A stretch of DNA of 64,000 nucleotides, taken from contig CDPCPM010000026.1 of assembly GCA_976551045.1 (NCBI GenBank), forward strand, positions 10,540,001-10,604,000, written 5' to 3'. Below the pieces are notes generated by a model. The model saw only the letters and a list, made by a program, of their open reading frames with translations, was not told where the DNA came from and made no database searches. Every line of letters starts with the position of its first letter. Position 1 is the first letter of the stretch. This document shows, piece by piece, positions 41,068-52,945 of this stretch. A program made the translations under genes and the position numbers. This stretch comes from Glaucostegus cemiculus. Its lineage: Eukaryota.

Positions 41068-41119
41068 TGGAGTCAGGAATATTTTGAATACATTGGAATC
41101 AGGAATATTTTGAATGCAT
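41068..41119. repeat. 26-bp tandem duplication
   Basis: TGGAGTCAGGAATATTTTGAATACAT followed by TGGAATCAGGAATATTTTGAATGCAT (2 mismatches). Confidence 0.9.
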
Positions 41120-43499
41120 AAGTTATCAGTGCGAAGTGCGTAGAAAGAAATTACTTCAGCTGTTCTCTATTCAACATGTTCTCAAATGAAATAAACTCCA
41201 ATTATCTGTCAATAATATAATGAATTTTATGGTACTTCAGTTGTCTGTGGAACATACGTTATAAATTATTTTTACATGAGGACTGTCCTATGATTGACAC
41301 TGTGCAATTATTAACGAAGACATAACAGAATTGTAAAGCAATGGTTAGTGAATGAAAGGAGGGAAACTGTTTCATCAAATAGAACAGTGTTAGTTTACTG
41401 TGATATTATTAAATATGCCATTATGGCAGTGTGACAGTTGTGTTTATATTGAGTTCATCATGATTTTCTTTCTTATCATTTACATTTTCATATATGCGAT
41501 TGAAGCTCAACACAAAACTTAAGTGAATTCATGATCTGCAAACCCTGGGGCAGGAGTTTGTGCAAAGAAATTACAAGATGCTGCTTTTTGACAGTTCTTT
41601 TTGTCAGATGACTGTTCAGGGAAACCAAGAAAAAGGTTGGAAGTCTGTAGGCAGTGATGGTTAAAAAGGGAAAGAAAGTGGCGAACAAGCAAAAGCCATT
41701 AAAGAGATGAATTGGTTAGAGACTGGAAGCTTGCTTTCTTTTGTTGCTACCAGTGTTGGTTTGTGGAAAAATGATGCATTGGTCCTTAGACCAGTTATGA
41801 TTACATCAGCTGACACTACTTGCAGTGGTGGGTCTCTGCCAGAACTATCTGTTTAATAATAACAGCAGCTGTTATTCCTAAAATTCTTTATTTATCACCT
41901 CAGTATGCATAGGTAGGTTATCCAGTGGAGAAATCGCTAGGGGTGCATTCTCTTAAGAGATGATGCTTTACATACCATATGACTATTCTACAAAACTTCC
42001 ATACATGATCTGTGTTTTCATTCTCTCTGTCTCTCTCTCTTTCTAGAATATTGTTCATTTGCTGCTATACATCAAAGTTATATCTAATAAATTAATATAA
42101 ACCAGTATTTGCTTAAAATTTCCCCATTTTTAGCCAGCTCTTGCAAGGAGGCCTTTCCATCAAAAGACTGACCAATGGTTGATATTCACAGTGCCTTTTG
42201 AATTGTTTAAGGTTATTCTCCCAAAGATTCCAGGGGATCCAAGGAGAAGTAAAACAGTTGTTGGTTGGAATCCAACTGGACCAAGAATTATCGCCTGTGG
42301 AACCTACCCACATATACTTACCTGGCCTGGATCAGAGGGATGATCTCGGGTGGCTGGGTGCAGAGAGACTGCCCTTGGAACCAACCCACTCGTGAAAGGC
42401 AAAGATTTGATTTTGGTCAAAGTTGTGAACCATTAAAATAGCCTCCAACATTGAGATACATTTAAAAGCTAATAAAATTGAAGTAAATAAAATTTATTAT
42501 TATAAAAGTTAATTAAAATATACAAACACTTCAAAATAATTAAATACATGTTATGCTGACATTTAACAGACATAACATAAAAATAAATTGCCTTCTTCAT
42601 TGCCTCCCAATCAGCAGCCCTGGAATCACCAACGAAAAGGGGGTCTCTGATCACAAGCACTACCTAGTGCAGGACTGGAAAGGCATTTCCCCAGTAAAAC
42701 TGGGCCCTGCTCTTGGAGCTTAGTGACAGATGTGACACCACCTGGATTTCTGCACTCAGCAGCACATGCATGGAAGTCCAAGATTTTCTGAAGGTTCAAC
42801 AGCTGAAAATTGGTTAATATAATTGGAACCATCGGCTCCAACCAGCAATATTTCCCCAGTGAAATGCAGAATAATGCTTTTGGTCATTGTTAGTTAATGC
42901 CCTTATTATTCTTACTGTAAAGTGCAAAAAGAAATGAGGACTATGATGATTTTGTTGCATTGACATGATTCTTTTTGCTTGGCATAGCACTTATATTTTT
43001 GGGGGGCATTGAAATGTATTAAATATAAGTGGACAGAGACTAAAATGAGAAAATGAATAGATGTAATGATTTTTATTGTGTTTCCTGATCTAGTAAAGTG
43101 AATTAATAGTAAAATAAGGAAATGGTGAGATGGTTCTGTACACTATTCTGGATGAGGTAGGATCAACTGATAAATGGCAACTAATGTTGTTGAACCTGAA
43201 GCATCTACTCACCAAGAAGCCAAACCACATAAGGAATGTGTGCAAGTTCAAAATTGCCCTAATGAGAAGGACAGCGATGATAGCACTGAAATAAAATAAA
43301 ATGTACAAAAAGTAAATCTAAGTCCTTCGCGCACCACCTTCTAAATGGGATTTGATCTGATTTCAAAAGTGCATTCATAAAACATTTAAATTAGTACTTT
43401 CCAGTTAAAAGATGTGTAAAAAATATTTTGAGTCAGTTTTCATACAAGTTAACAGTTGATCTAGTGGAAGATTACTGCAGCATAAATATATACAAAGGT

Positions 43500-43566
43500 T
43501 AGAACAACATGGAACAGTACAGCACTGGACAGGTTATTCAGCCCAAGATGTTGTGCTGATCTTGAT
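43500..43566 (-). mobile_element. CR1 3' tip
   Basis: AGAACAACATGGAACAGTACAGCACTGGACAGGTTATTCAGCCCAAGATGTTGTGCTGA, similar to the tail at 46562-46622. Confidence 0.75.
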
Positions 43567-46561
43567 TGTCATGCTGTACCTATTTTCAGATGCAAACCAA
43601 CTTCCTTAGCCTTCAACTCTGAGGGTGTGAAACAGACATTCATCATTTTTGACCAGAAATTCATTCTCCTCCACACTGGTAAATACCAAAAAATTGCATT
43701 GCAAAACTATAACCCCTTCAAGACTAGTTTAGCCTGAGGCACCCAGCAATGGTTGCCTTAAGGGAAAGCTGCCCTACATACAACTGATCAGATTTTCCTT
43801 AAAGTATTGCTCCAAAGAAGATTAGTCTTTAAACATATTCATCTGAATCTGGAGTCAGGAGAATGCTGGGAGCATGGCAGCTGAATTGGTTAAGACCTGC
43901 ACACCCGAACTAGATAATGTTATGTCAAGTCACAACCCATTTTTGGAATAAGAAATATTTACAGAAGCCATTAAAAGGCAGAAAAGACAAACTACTTAAA
44001 AATGTAAGCATAGTATTTTGATTAAACCATTATTTAGAGGCAATAGGCAGACAAGGTACTGAGGTGAGGTGGGAAAAGTTGAATGAGGAGAAGTCGCCAT
44101 AAATTTCTTTAAGAGAGCTCAGTGCCTCATTTGTGGAATCACAGGGTAATAAATGTATTATGAAACAGCCATTGTACGATGTAACACACATAACACTGAA
44201 ATTAGTTAAACACAGCATCGTCTACTGGAATATTGGACACCGACAAAGAAGTTACAGTGAAGCGCATAGTTCATATGTGGAATGTATACCTGACTCAGAA
44301 AATAGAAAGGTACAGGTAGAGAAAAATAACCACACCCTATTTATCCAATTTCACCCTAATTTTTAACAGTTGATGTATTTAAGTAATATTTCATCTCTTC
44401 TGTAAATTTTGGTGCTTGTTTATTCATAATCTTCTATTAAAATTGGTTGCAGTCTAAATCTCCTGCAGTTCCAGTACAGATTAAATTAAATATGCACGAA
44501 TGAGTTTTAATTGTTTATAAATGCTTTACAAAGAGAACCACTGAGTTTCATATATGGTAAGATTTCTCTGAACAGTGGGATTTCTGCAAGTACATTTTGT
44601 AAAATTATACAGCTTAAAGTACAGATTTCTTGGCTCTTTGTTCTCTTGATACGTAATTGTCTACATGTGTTTGTAGGCCTTGTTTTGGCAGAGCAGGAGA
44701 TGTTAGTTAAAGGTCCGATTACAAGCCTCACATCATTTCCATTGCGCATTGGGTGGGATTTAGGCCTCTGCTAGTAGTTGAGTAATTGATTAGGTCTGCA
44801 GTGCACTGGAAAAAAAAGTTTAATACTTTCAAGCAAAAATATTGGCTACAGAGAAGCAGAGCATATTGTAGAAGCTGGAGCGGTAAGCTTGCATTTTTAT
44901 TGTTACATTTTAAAGGTGCAGTATAAGGCATTGTCATTCCTGGTTGGCCAAATAAGCACATGCTGGTAATTTTTTGTAAGAGAAGAAATGCAAAGCACTT
45001 TCTAAATGCTCTTTGCCTTTGATGTAATTATGTTTTTGAAAAGACAATTTAACTTTTAAATATCTAAATGAAATTAAAATGTAGATTGAAAAGTTAACTG
45101 CAACCTTTCCAGTTCCTCCATGAAGATCTTGCACAATATTTCTATTAATTCAGTTGTTTTGCACTTCCTTGATATCACCATCTTAAAAATCTTGATTTTT
45201 CAATATTGAATGCCTTTTTTGGATAGAATGTTGATTGCCCATGAGCTAATGTAGTTTTCAGTCTCAGAACTACAAGCATTAAATATTTTAATGGTATGCT
45301 TTGGCTCTCTCACAAATCATGCACTTAATTATCTGATAATTACTCAAATAAAAAATGTGCAGATGGTACTATATACCCTGTCTTGGGGATCAGAGGTTTT
45401 TTCCTGGTTGTTGTTTGGTTTTCTTAGTATTTCTTTAACCCTTCACTATGAAACTGTTGTAAATCAACCCCTCCATTTCTAATGAAAATGTTGGAAATTC
45501 CTGAGATTCTTTGAAGTAAAAGAGTTAACTCATTTTTTTTTATGTATCTGACAAAGATGGATTCTGGTTACGGTTATCAAACTCGTGCCTTTTGTCAGAG
45601 TGTATAATGTATTTGGCAGCTGCAGGCCTGAGCCCAGCATTGGTTGTTTTAAAGCTCCTTAAGGATTATACTCATTAAAGCACAGGAATGAGGTAAGGCC
45701 CCCAAAGCGCGGGACCCCGTTACTTCATCAACATTCTACTGAAGAGGGTAATTAAAACAAAAATTACTTTTTTTAATGCAAGTGGAAAAATCAGAGCAAA
45801 ATTATACCAGAGACTAATGATAAATGTCTGGTTGCGGCAGAGTATCTTCCTAAGAGAAAGAAAATGGATCAGAACTGAGCCTGCTGGAGTGCAGCACTAA
45901 AAACAGAATGAGCTATGGGCATTACAGCACATCTGCAAGGATTTTGTCAGAAAACATTTTCTGACAGTGTATTAAGTTTTTGTTACTTTTACTGTTGAGA
46001 CTGAAGCTCACATATAACTTAATTTTTGCTCTAGCAATATAAATCGTGCACATACTTTTTATTGCTGTAGAAAATGTCTCATATCCTAAAGTCCTGCTGC
46101 TTCTTCCTCCTATCTGTTGTGGGATAGTGTTAAACTTGCAGTGAATGGAAAGGTCTACCTTCCAACCATGTGGTTAAAATTATGATATTAAACAAACTTC
46201 ATACTAAGTTATTAATTATGGAGAATAAAATGCAAAAAAATTGCTCATAATTATTTGGAAGCAGAGCCTAACATACTAACTTAACAGATATATTGCTTTA
46301 CCACCTATAATTCAACTACATGGTTACAGAAATTTAATTCATAGCATACATTCAATAAGCATTTAATTCACTTAAGAAGGTTAAATGTTTTTGTATATCC
46401 TCAAAATTTCATGTAGCAACATTCAGATAAAGGAATACAGAGCTGATGAACAGTTTATTTGTGGTACCTTTTACTTGGGTTTAATGGATTTGAAATTCTT
46501 TGCACTTCAGACCTCTGACATTTCAGGGCTACTAAGAACTACAGTCTAAACTTCAGATAAT

Positions 46562-47727
46562 AGAACATAGAACATAGAACAATACAGCACAGAACAGGCC
46601 CTTCGGCCCATCAAGCTGTGCCCTCCTACAAACATCTCCCAAACTAACTCTTTCCACCCTCATATCCTACTATTCCACATTCTTCCATGTGCTTATCTAA
46701 CAATCCCTTAAACCTGTCCAATGTATCTGCCTCCACTACCACCCCAGGTAGTGCGTTCCATGCACCAACCACTCTCTGGGTGAAAAACTTCATCTCCCCT
46801 ATACTTTCCACCTATTATCTTAAAGGCATGCCCTCTCGTCTTGAGCATCTGCGCTCTGGGAAAGAGGCGCTGACTATTAACTCTATCTATTCCTCTCAAT
46901 ATCTTAAACACCTCTATCAAGTCCCCTCTCATCCTCCTCCTCTCTAATGAGTAGAGCCCTACCACCTTAAGCCTCTCTTTATATTCCATACCCTCCAATC
47001 CAGGCATCATCCTGGTAAAACGTCTCTGCACCCTCTCCAACGCCTCCACATCCTTCCTATAATGCGGCGACCAAAACTGAACACAATATTCCAAGTGCGG
47101 CCTAACTAGAGTTTTGTAAAGCAGCATCATCACCTCTCTGCTCTTGAACTCAATCCCTTTATTTATAAAAGCCAACATCCCATAAGCCTTCTTAACAGCC
47201 CTATCCACCTGCGAGGCAACTTTGAGTGAACTGTGGATATGAACCCCCAGATCCCTCTGCTCCTCTACACTGCCAAGAACCTTACCATTTACCTTATACT
47301 CTGTCCTGGAGTTTGTCCTCCCAAAGTGCACCACCTCACACTTCTCTGGATTAAACTCCATCTGCCACCTGTCAGCCCATTTCTGCATCCTATCAATATC
47401 CCCCTGTAAGCTCCTACAGTCCTCCACACTATCTACCACACCACCGATCTTGGTGTCATCTGCAAACTTACCAACCCATCCCTCCACTCCTTCATCCAAA
47501 TCATCTATGAATATAACAAAGAGTAGAGGCCCCAGAACCGATCCCTGCGGGACTCCACTAGTCACAGCCCTCCAATCCGAGGGCACTCCCTCCACCATAA
47601 CCCTCTGCCTTCTACAGGAAAGCCAATTTCCTATCCACACAGCCAACCTCCCCTGGATACCTCGACCTCTGACCTTCTGAAGAAGCCTGCCATGAGGAAC
47701 CTTATCGAACGCCTTACTAAAATCCAT
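46562..47727 (-). mobile_element. Young 5'-truncated CR1 (HER1-like) LINE, about 1.17 kb
   Basis: (AGAACAT)n tail at 46562-46580, 3' UTR, long RT ORF, retained CpGs, and candidate TSD ATAATA at 46557-46562 and 47726-47731. Confidence 0.97.
46708..47727 (-). pseudogene. CR1 ORF2 reverse transcriptase C-terminal half (339 aa, truncated, frameshifted near the end)
   Basis: Motifs DFSKAFDKVPH, GVPQGSVLGPLLF, FADD, LYKTLVRPHLEYCVQFWSP. After GKYRGD (~46790) the homologous FFTQRVVGAWNALP continues in another frame. Confidence 0.95.
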
Positions 47728-47950
47728 AATAAATTACTTTTCTCACAGACATTTAAAATAGTTTTAGCAGTGGCTTGCTTTTCATGCCACAATATTAGGG
47801 ACTGAAATAATGATCAATATTTATCTTAACTGTTAGAAATTTCCAACAGAAATCTTTTGAGGATTTCCACAGCCTCCATGATGGTTCTGTTGCACACTTT
47901 GTAAACAGGCCTTATACAATTACTTTAATTACTTGAAAGGTAACTAGAGT

Positions 47951-48024
47951 TATGGATTGCAGAAGAATCCTAAGCTGTATTGACATCAGTTGTAATACAG
48001 TTTAGGATACTTCTACAATCCATA
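47951..48024. repeat. Isolated 74-nt near-perfect inverted repeat
   Basis: TATGGATTGCAGAAGAATCCTAAGCTGTATT versus AATACAGTTTAGGATACTTCTACAATCCATA: 28 of 31 positions complementary around a 12-nt spacer. Confidence 0.9.
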
Positions 48025-48451
48025 TATTACAACAAAATCTTAAAAACTAGAGTTTGTAATTGAACTCATGCTTAAATAAAAATAGAAGCGTTCTGTAATT
48101 AATAGCTTCCTTTTTAATTGTATGAGATAGTTATCCCGCGGAAAGTATTTTAGTGTTAAGACTTTTATTAACTTCTATTAACTAGTAATTTTTATTACTT
48201 TTAAAAGAAGTGGTAAATTAAAGCATAAACACTTAATGCCATAGAGTGGTATCACATGTTTGCAATGCCTTGCCTTACTGAATTCCTTGCATTTTCTGTA
48301 AAATTGTGTGGGAAATGAGTAATTTTCTACAGGAGGACAAAATCAGAAATAAAGCAGTCACTAGGTGGTCTTAGCATTTGGTTTAAAGTTGTAATAGTGG
48401 GGATCTAAGTTGATGTTTCTTGATTTCAGTGAACATGTACCACAGAGAAAA

Positions 48452-49030
48452 GAGGAGATCAAATGCAGAATGGGTGACAGCTTTGCATAACACCTCTGTT
48501 CAATCTTCTAGCATGACCACAAGCTTCCCGTTGCCTGTCACTTTAATTCTGTCTCACTTAAACTCCCATCTTTCTGTCCTTGGCCTCCTACAGTGTTTCA
48601 ACAAAAGCTTGAGGAACAACACCTCATTTTCAGATGAGGTACTTAATGTTCAGTTCAGCAGTTTCAGATGGTCTGCTTTCCAATACTTTTATTCCAGATT
48701 TACAATACCCTTTGTAAATTCCTTCAGTAATTTCTGTTAATGGCTATGCATTTTTGTTACATTGTACCATCATCCTTTTTGGTTGTTCAATCTGTTTTGC
48801 ATTCCACCCTATCAAGGACTTAGCATTTTGTTCTCTCCTTTACATCCCCACCTCTTCCCCTACCCCTTTCTCTGCAATTTACAAGTATTTATCTCTAACT
48901 TAATCCCAGGTTTGATGAAAAGTCATTGACCTGAAATGTTAACTCTGTTTCTCTCTCCGCAGATGTTGTCTGCTAATTTCCAGCAGTTTCTGTTTTTATT
49001 TCAGTTTTCCAACATCCTCGACTCTTTTCA
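48452..49030 (+). mobile_element. PLE relic (family B): GIY-YIG C-terminal region, 3' UTR, degenerate hammerhead (48908-48944) and terminus
   Basis: EIKCRMGDSFA*HLCSIF*HDHKLPVACHFNS...LSVLGLLQC...KLEEQHLIFR; motif AGGT-TTGATGA-A-AAGT-CATTG-ACCT-GAAA-TGTT-AACT. Confidence 0.85.
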
Positions 49031-49279
49031 CTTGTATGATATATTCCTTAAAGTTCAACTCCCCATGATGGGTTTGTATGTTTGCAATCTTGACTACTGT
49101 CACAATGCTTCCTGCAACAAGTGAAAGGATTGTTCCGTGATACATATTGGCTTGTTTGACAATTTATCCATTCTGGTTTGCCCTGGCAGGCTTTTGTCTG
49201 TCCTGATTCTTCACTGCCATATAGTGTTTTATCACAGGTCCTGCCAAGAATCGGCAATACTCTCAGTAAGATCAGGCAA

Positions 49280-49675
49280 AGAAGGAGCTTGGATTTATAT
49301 AAGCACCCTATGTTCTCAGGAGATCCTTAGAGCACTGAATTACTTTATATAAAACTAATCAGTATAATGAAGGTAAAAATAGGTTCATTTTTATGAATAG
49401 CATGGATCCATAAAAATAATCAAAGTAAATAATTAATTCATTTTATCTTGGCCGTGTTGCTGTCAGAGAGCAGCAGATTTTCCTGCCCTTATTTGGATCG
49501 TTCCATGTGACCATGAAGAATTGAAAGGGACCATGGCGCCTTCAACAATTCTTCCCCTATTTAGAATTACACTGAAATGCCAGTCCAGACCATGTCAAAG
49601 TGTTCAAGCCTTAAGCTGAGGCTTGAACCCATGACCTATTGAGATGGAAATGCTACTATTAAACGGAACTGACAT
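49280..49675 (-). mobile_element. DeuSINE (SacSINE1-like), decayed
   Basis: Antisense tail CTTGGATTTATATAAGCACC, GGCGCCTTCAACAAT, and antisense B box CTTGAACCCATGACC. Confidence 0.65.
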
Positions 49676-49988
49676 TTAGTACATTTAGGTGTCAGTCAGT
49701 GTAAGTAGTGGTGCTGGGAAAATGTATTTTTCTAATATAATAATGTAAGTAAAAATCAAATGTACTCGTTTCCCTTTCTTCCCTTCTGCCCTATCCCCTT
49801 TATAGAGTTGCTGAGTGAGGTAACTTTACCTATTCCCAAATAATCCAGTCTTTATTACTATTTTTATTTTTCATCTCCCAAAGGTAATTTAGAAGGGGTG
49901 TTGTGTGATTCAGTGGTAATTCAGTATATTTATTGCATTGAAAGCATTTCTGACATTTATGGTAAGATTTGTATTCTTCCTTTTCTCT

Positions 49989-50009
49989 CCCCCCCCCCCC
50001 CCCCCCCCC
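49989..50009. repeat. C21 homopolymer (G-quadruplex-capable on - strand)
   Basis: Run of 21 C in AT-rich context. Confidence 0.9.
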
Positions 50010-50356
50010 AAAGCTTTGGCAAAGCCACTTGTACATACATTGTGATTATATGTTGGATTTCACAGTAAGATAGCAGTTTACTTACTGGGAATAATAGCTG
50101 TATGCTGTTCATTTAGGGATCTTTCACAGTAGTCTGAATTTACTCATTTTTGATTAGTTCTGGAATATTGTATGCAACCTCTTTTTATCCATTTATCAGA
50201 GGGGCAACCTTCATTTTGCACCTGCAATGTCCTGTCTATAGGCCAAGGAGCAGCATGATGACTGTTTATCTCCAGTCTTTGGAAGACTCCAAATATTACT
50301 CTTATTCCAGACACAACCCCTACAAAATTATGAGAGAGAGGAAGTTTTTAATTATT

Positions 50357-51050
50357 TAATTGGAGTTTAATTTGGACAAGTGTGAGGTGTTGCATTTTGG
50401 GAGGTCAAATGCAAGAGGAAAGTATACAGTAAATAGCAGGAGCCTTAAGAGCAGTGATGTACAAAGGGACCTTGGGGTGCAAGTGCACTGCTCCCTGAAA
50501 GTGGCAACATAAGTAGATAAATTGGGAAAGAAGACAAATACCATGCTTACCTTCATTGGTCAGGGTATTGAGTATAAAAGTTGGGAGATCATGTAACAAT
50601 TGTATAAAAATTTGATTTGGCCACATTGTGTAGTTCTGGAAGGATGTGGAGGCTTTGGAGAGGATTCACCAGATTGTTGCTTGGATTGGTATGTATTAGC
50701 AATAAGGAGAGGTTGGACAAACTTGGAATGTTTTCTCCAGAGTGTTGGAGGCTGAGAGACATATAAAATTATGAGAGGCATAGATAGGATGGGTAGAGGA
50801 CATAGGTTTAAGATGAGAGGGGTAAAGCTTAAAGGAGATTTGCAAGGTAAGGTTTTTTTTTACACAGTGGTAGGTGCCTGGGCAGGTGGTAGAGCAGATA
50901 TGATAGCGATGTTTAAGAGGCATTTAGACAGAAAAATGAACCAGCAGGGAAGAGAGGCATATGGACCATGGGTTGGGCAGATGGAATGAGTTTAATTCAG
51001 CATTGTGGTTGGCACAGACATGGTGGGCTGAAGGTCATGCTCCTGTCCTG
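50357..51050 (+). mobile_element. CR1 3' fragment
   Basis: Reads LEFNLDKCEVLHFGRSNARGKYTVNSRSLKSSDVQRDLGVQVHCSLKVAT, homologous to the 46.7 kb ORF, followed by 3' UTR. Confidence 0.92.
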
Positions 51051-51064
51051 TGATGTGTCCTATA

Positions 51065-51200
51065 CAGGCATAGACTTGTACAGCATGAAAGCAGGTGCTT
51101 TGACCCAACTTTGCAAACCAAGTTGCCTAGCTGAGCTGGTCCCATTTCCCTGCATTTGGCCCATTTCCCTCTCTTCCTATCCATATACCTGTCTAAATGT
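51065..51200 (-). mobile_element. CR1 3' tip, tail-to-tail with the previous copy
   Basis: CATAGACTTGTACAGCATGAAAGCAGG...CCCATTTCCCTGCATTTGGCCCAT is the reverse complement of the tail type at 15640-15747. Confidence 0.85.
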
Positions 51201-52711
51201 CTACGTTACCTGTCTATGTTACACTTATTTCATAACAATTAATTAACTGCTTCTCCTTGATTCCTTCAGTGGAATTTTGTTAAAACCAACTTCTAGAGAC
51301 AACAGTTTTTGTTTCATTAATCGAGCAAAGTTAGTCATTTTGGGTATCAAACCCATTGTTTCCATTAAGAAAGTCATACCCCTGTAATTTTAACAGACCT
51401 AGTACACTCAAACTTCTCAGGATTTCCATTTGGAAATTGTTGCATCAGTAATGTCTCCACCGTGAACCTTTTTCTTTATTCAAAGAAAGGTACCTTTTCC
51501 CTTTTACCCCAAGGCACTGCCTTGACCTTGATACAATCAAGATATTCCATTTTAGCCTTTACAGATGGATATGAGAATTGTCCCGGTTGTTTTTTTTTCC
51601 CCTTTTCTATTCGATCATTGCAACATCGAATCAACCAGTGTAGTGGGCCCAAGACCAAGTGAAAATTCCAAGGTTAGATTAGTGTTCAAAAGGAGTAATT
51701 CTGCTCAGTGCTGACATGCTGTGCAAATCTGGAGTCAAGGCGCAATTTGACTGATGTCATGATGAAGTAAAGTGAAACTCTCTGGAGACAGGAGTCTAAA
51801 CACTTCAGTTTGACACTGAACTAAATGTACATCACGTAAGATGTCAGGCTTGGATCACAGTTTGCCTTGGATTTCTGAACATTTTTTAAAAACCTGCCTG
51901 ACCTTTCAAACATTGAAAGAGCTGGGATTCTCCTCTTAATGCTATTAAGTATTAACATTTCTAACAGTTGTGAAAGAGCTCTGGGCATGCATTAGCAAAT
52001 CATTTGGAGAGTTCTCTGCTGGGCAGTGTTATAATTCCAGCCAGGCAGGAGCCACCAAATGTTTAAAAAAAACATTTTACCAGCCTGGAACCTAGACCGT
52101 AGCCATCACCAGTCTCTGTGGGTGCAGTACAGGAGGACTTTAAAGAGAAACTTAGGACGTGATCGTAGGGTTTTTGCCTAGAATCAAGCGATCCTGCTTC
52201 CTTCATCCCCTCATCCCCACACAACACACAGAGACAAACATGCACACAAATTGCTGAGGTCTTGGTGATGTTTGAATATCGAAAGGAATGAGAGGAAATG
52301 CAATCCTACCTGACTAGTCCCAAGAGGAATGGTTGGGATTTTCTCCTCTGGCCATCACATCCTTGATCAATTACATCCAATACATACAGTATTTATTTTT
52401 AACGTTTCTCTGGTGGTTGAAAATCACCGAGAATTCAAATCTTTGGTATTAGTGCGGTCAGGAGTGTTGACTTCACAGTTCCAATATCTTAACCTCCAGA
52501 TCTGTAGAGGACCACATTTCTATTAGGGAGGGAAAATCTCAATGAAAATATTCCTCAGTATGAGTTGCCTCTTCAACTCAGCCTATTTATCAGTTTAATT
52601 TGTTCAGTGAAAATCCACCAACCCCATTTGGAAGTGTTATCCCTTGTAGGCAGTATCCAGATTTGTTACTACTTCTACCATGTTCCCTCGAAAGGCTTTA
52701 CTGATTTAATG

Positions 52712-52945
52712 CCAGTGTTGGCTCACTGACAGATCTCTTGTTTTTAAATGAGAATGTTGTGATTCTAAGCTGCACTCATGGACCTGAACATATAATCAAG
52801 GCTGATGGTGCTGCATTGTTGGTGGAGCTTACTTTTGAATGAAATGTTAATCAAAGGTTAAAATGTTGCCTCAGTGAGATGAAAGGGATCCCATGGACTT
52901 GAACAACAGCAGAGTATGCCCAATGTCCTGGCCAACATTTAACAG
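52712..52945 (+). mobile_element. DeuSINE (SacSINE1-like), head plus Deu domain
   Basis: GTGCTGCATTGTTGGTGG..CTTTTGAATGAAATGTTAA..GATCCCATGG..AGCAGAG..TGTCCTGGCCAACATTTA. Confidence 0.75.

Noticed and set aside
42315-42327. ATACTTACCTGGC is identical to the 5' end of U1 snRNA
   Set aside because: Similarity stops after 13 nt, with no U1 stem-loops or Sm site. It is simply a consensus donor on the opposite strand.
51700-51880. Loosely symmetric segment that may be an old palindromic repeat
   Set aside because: Arms could not be aligned convincingly by eye.
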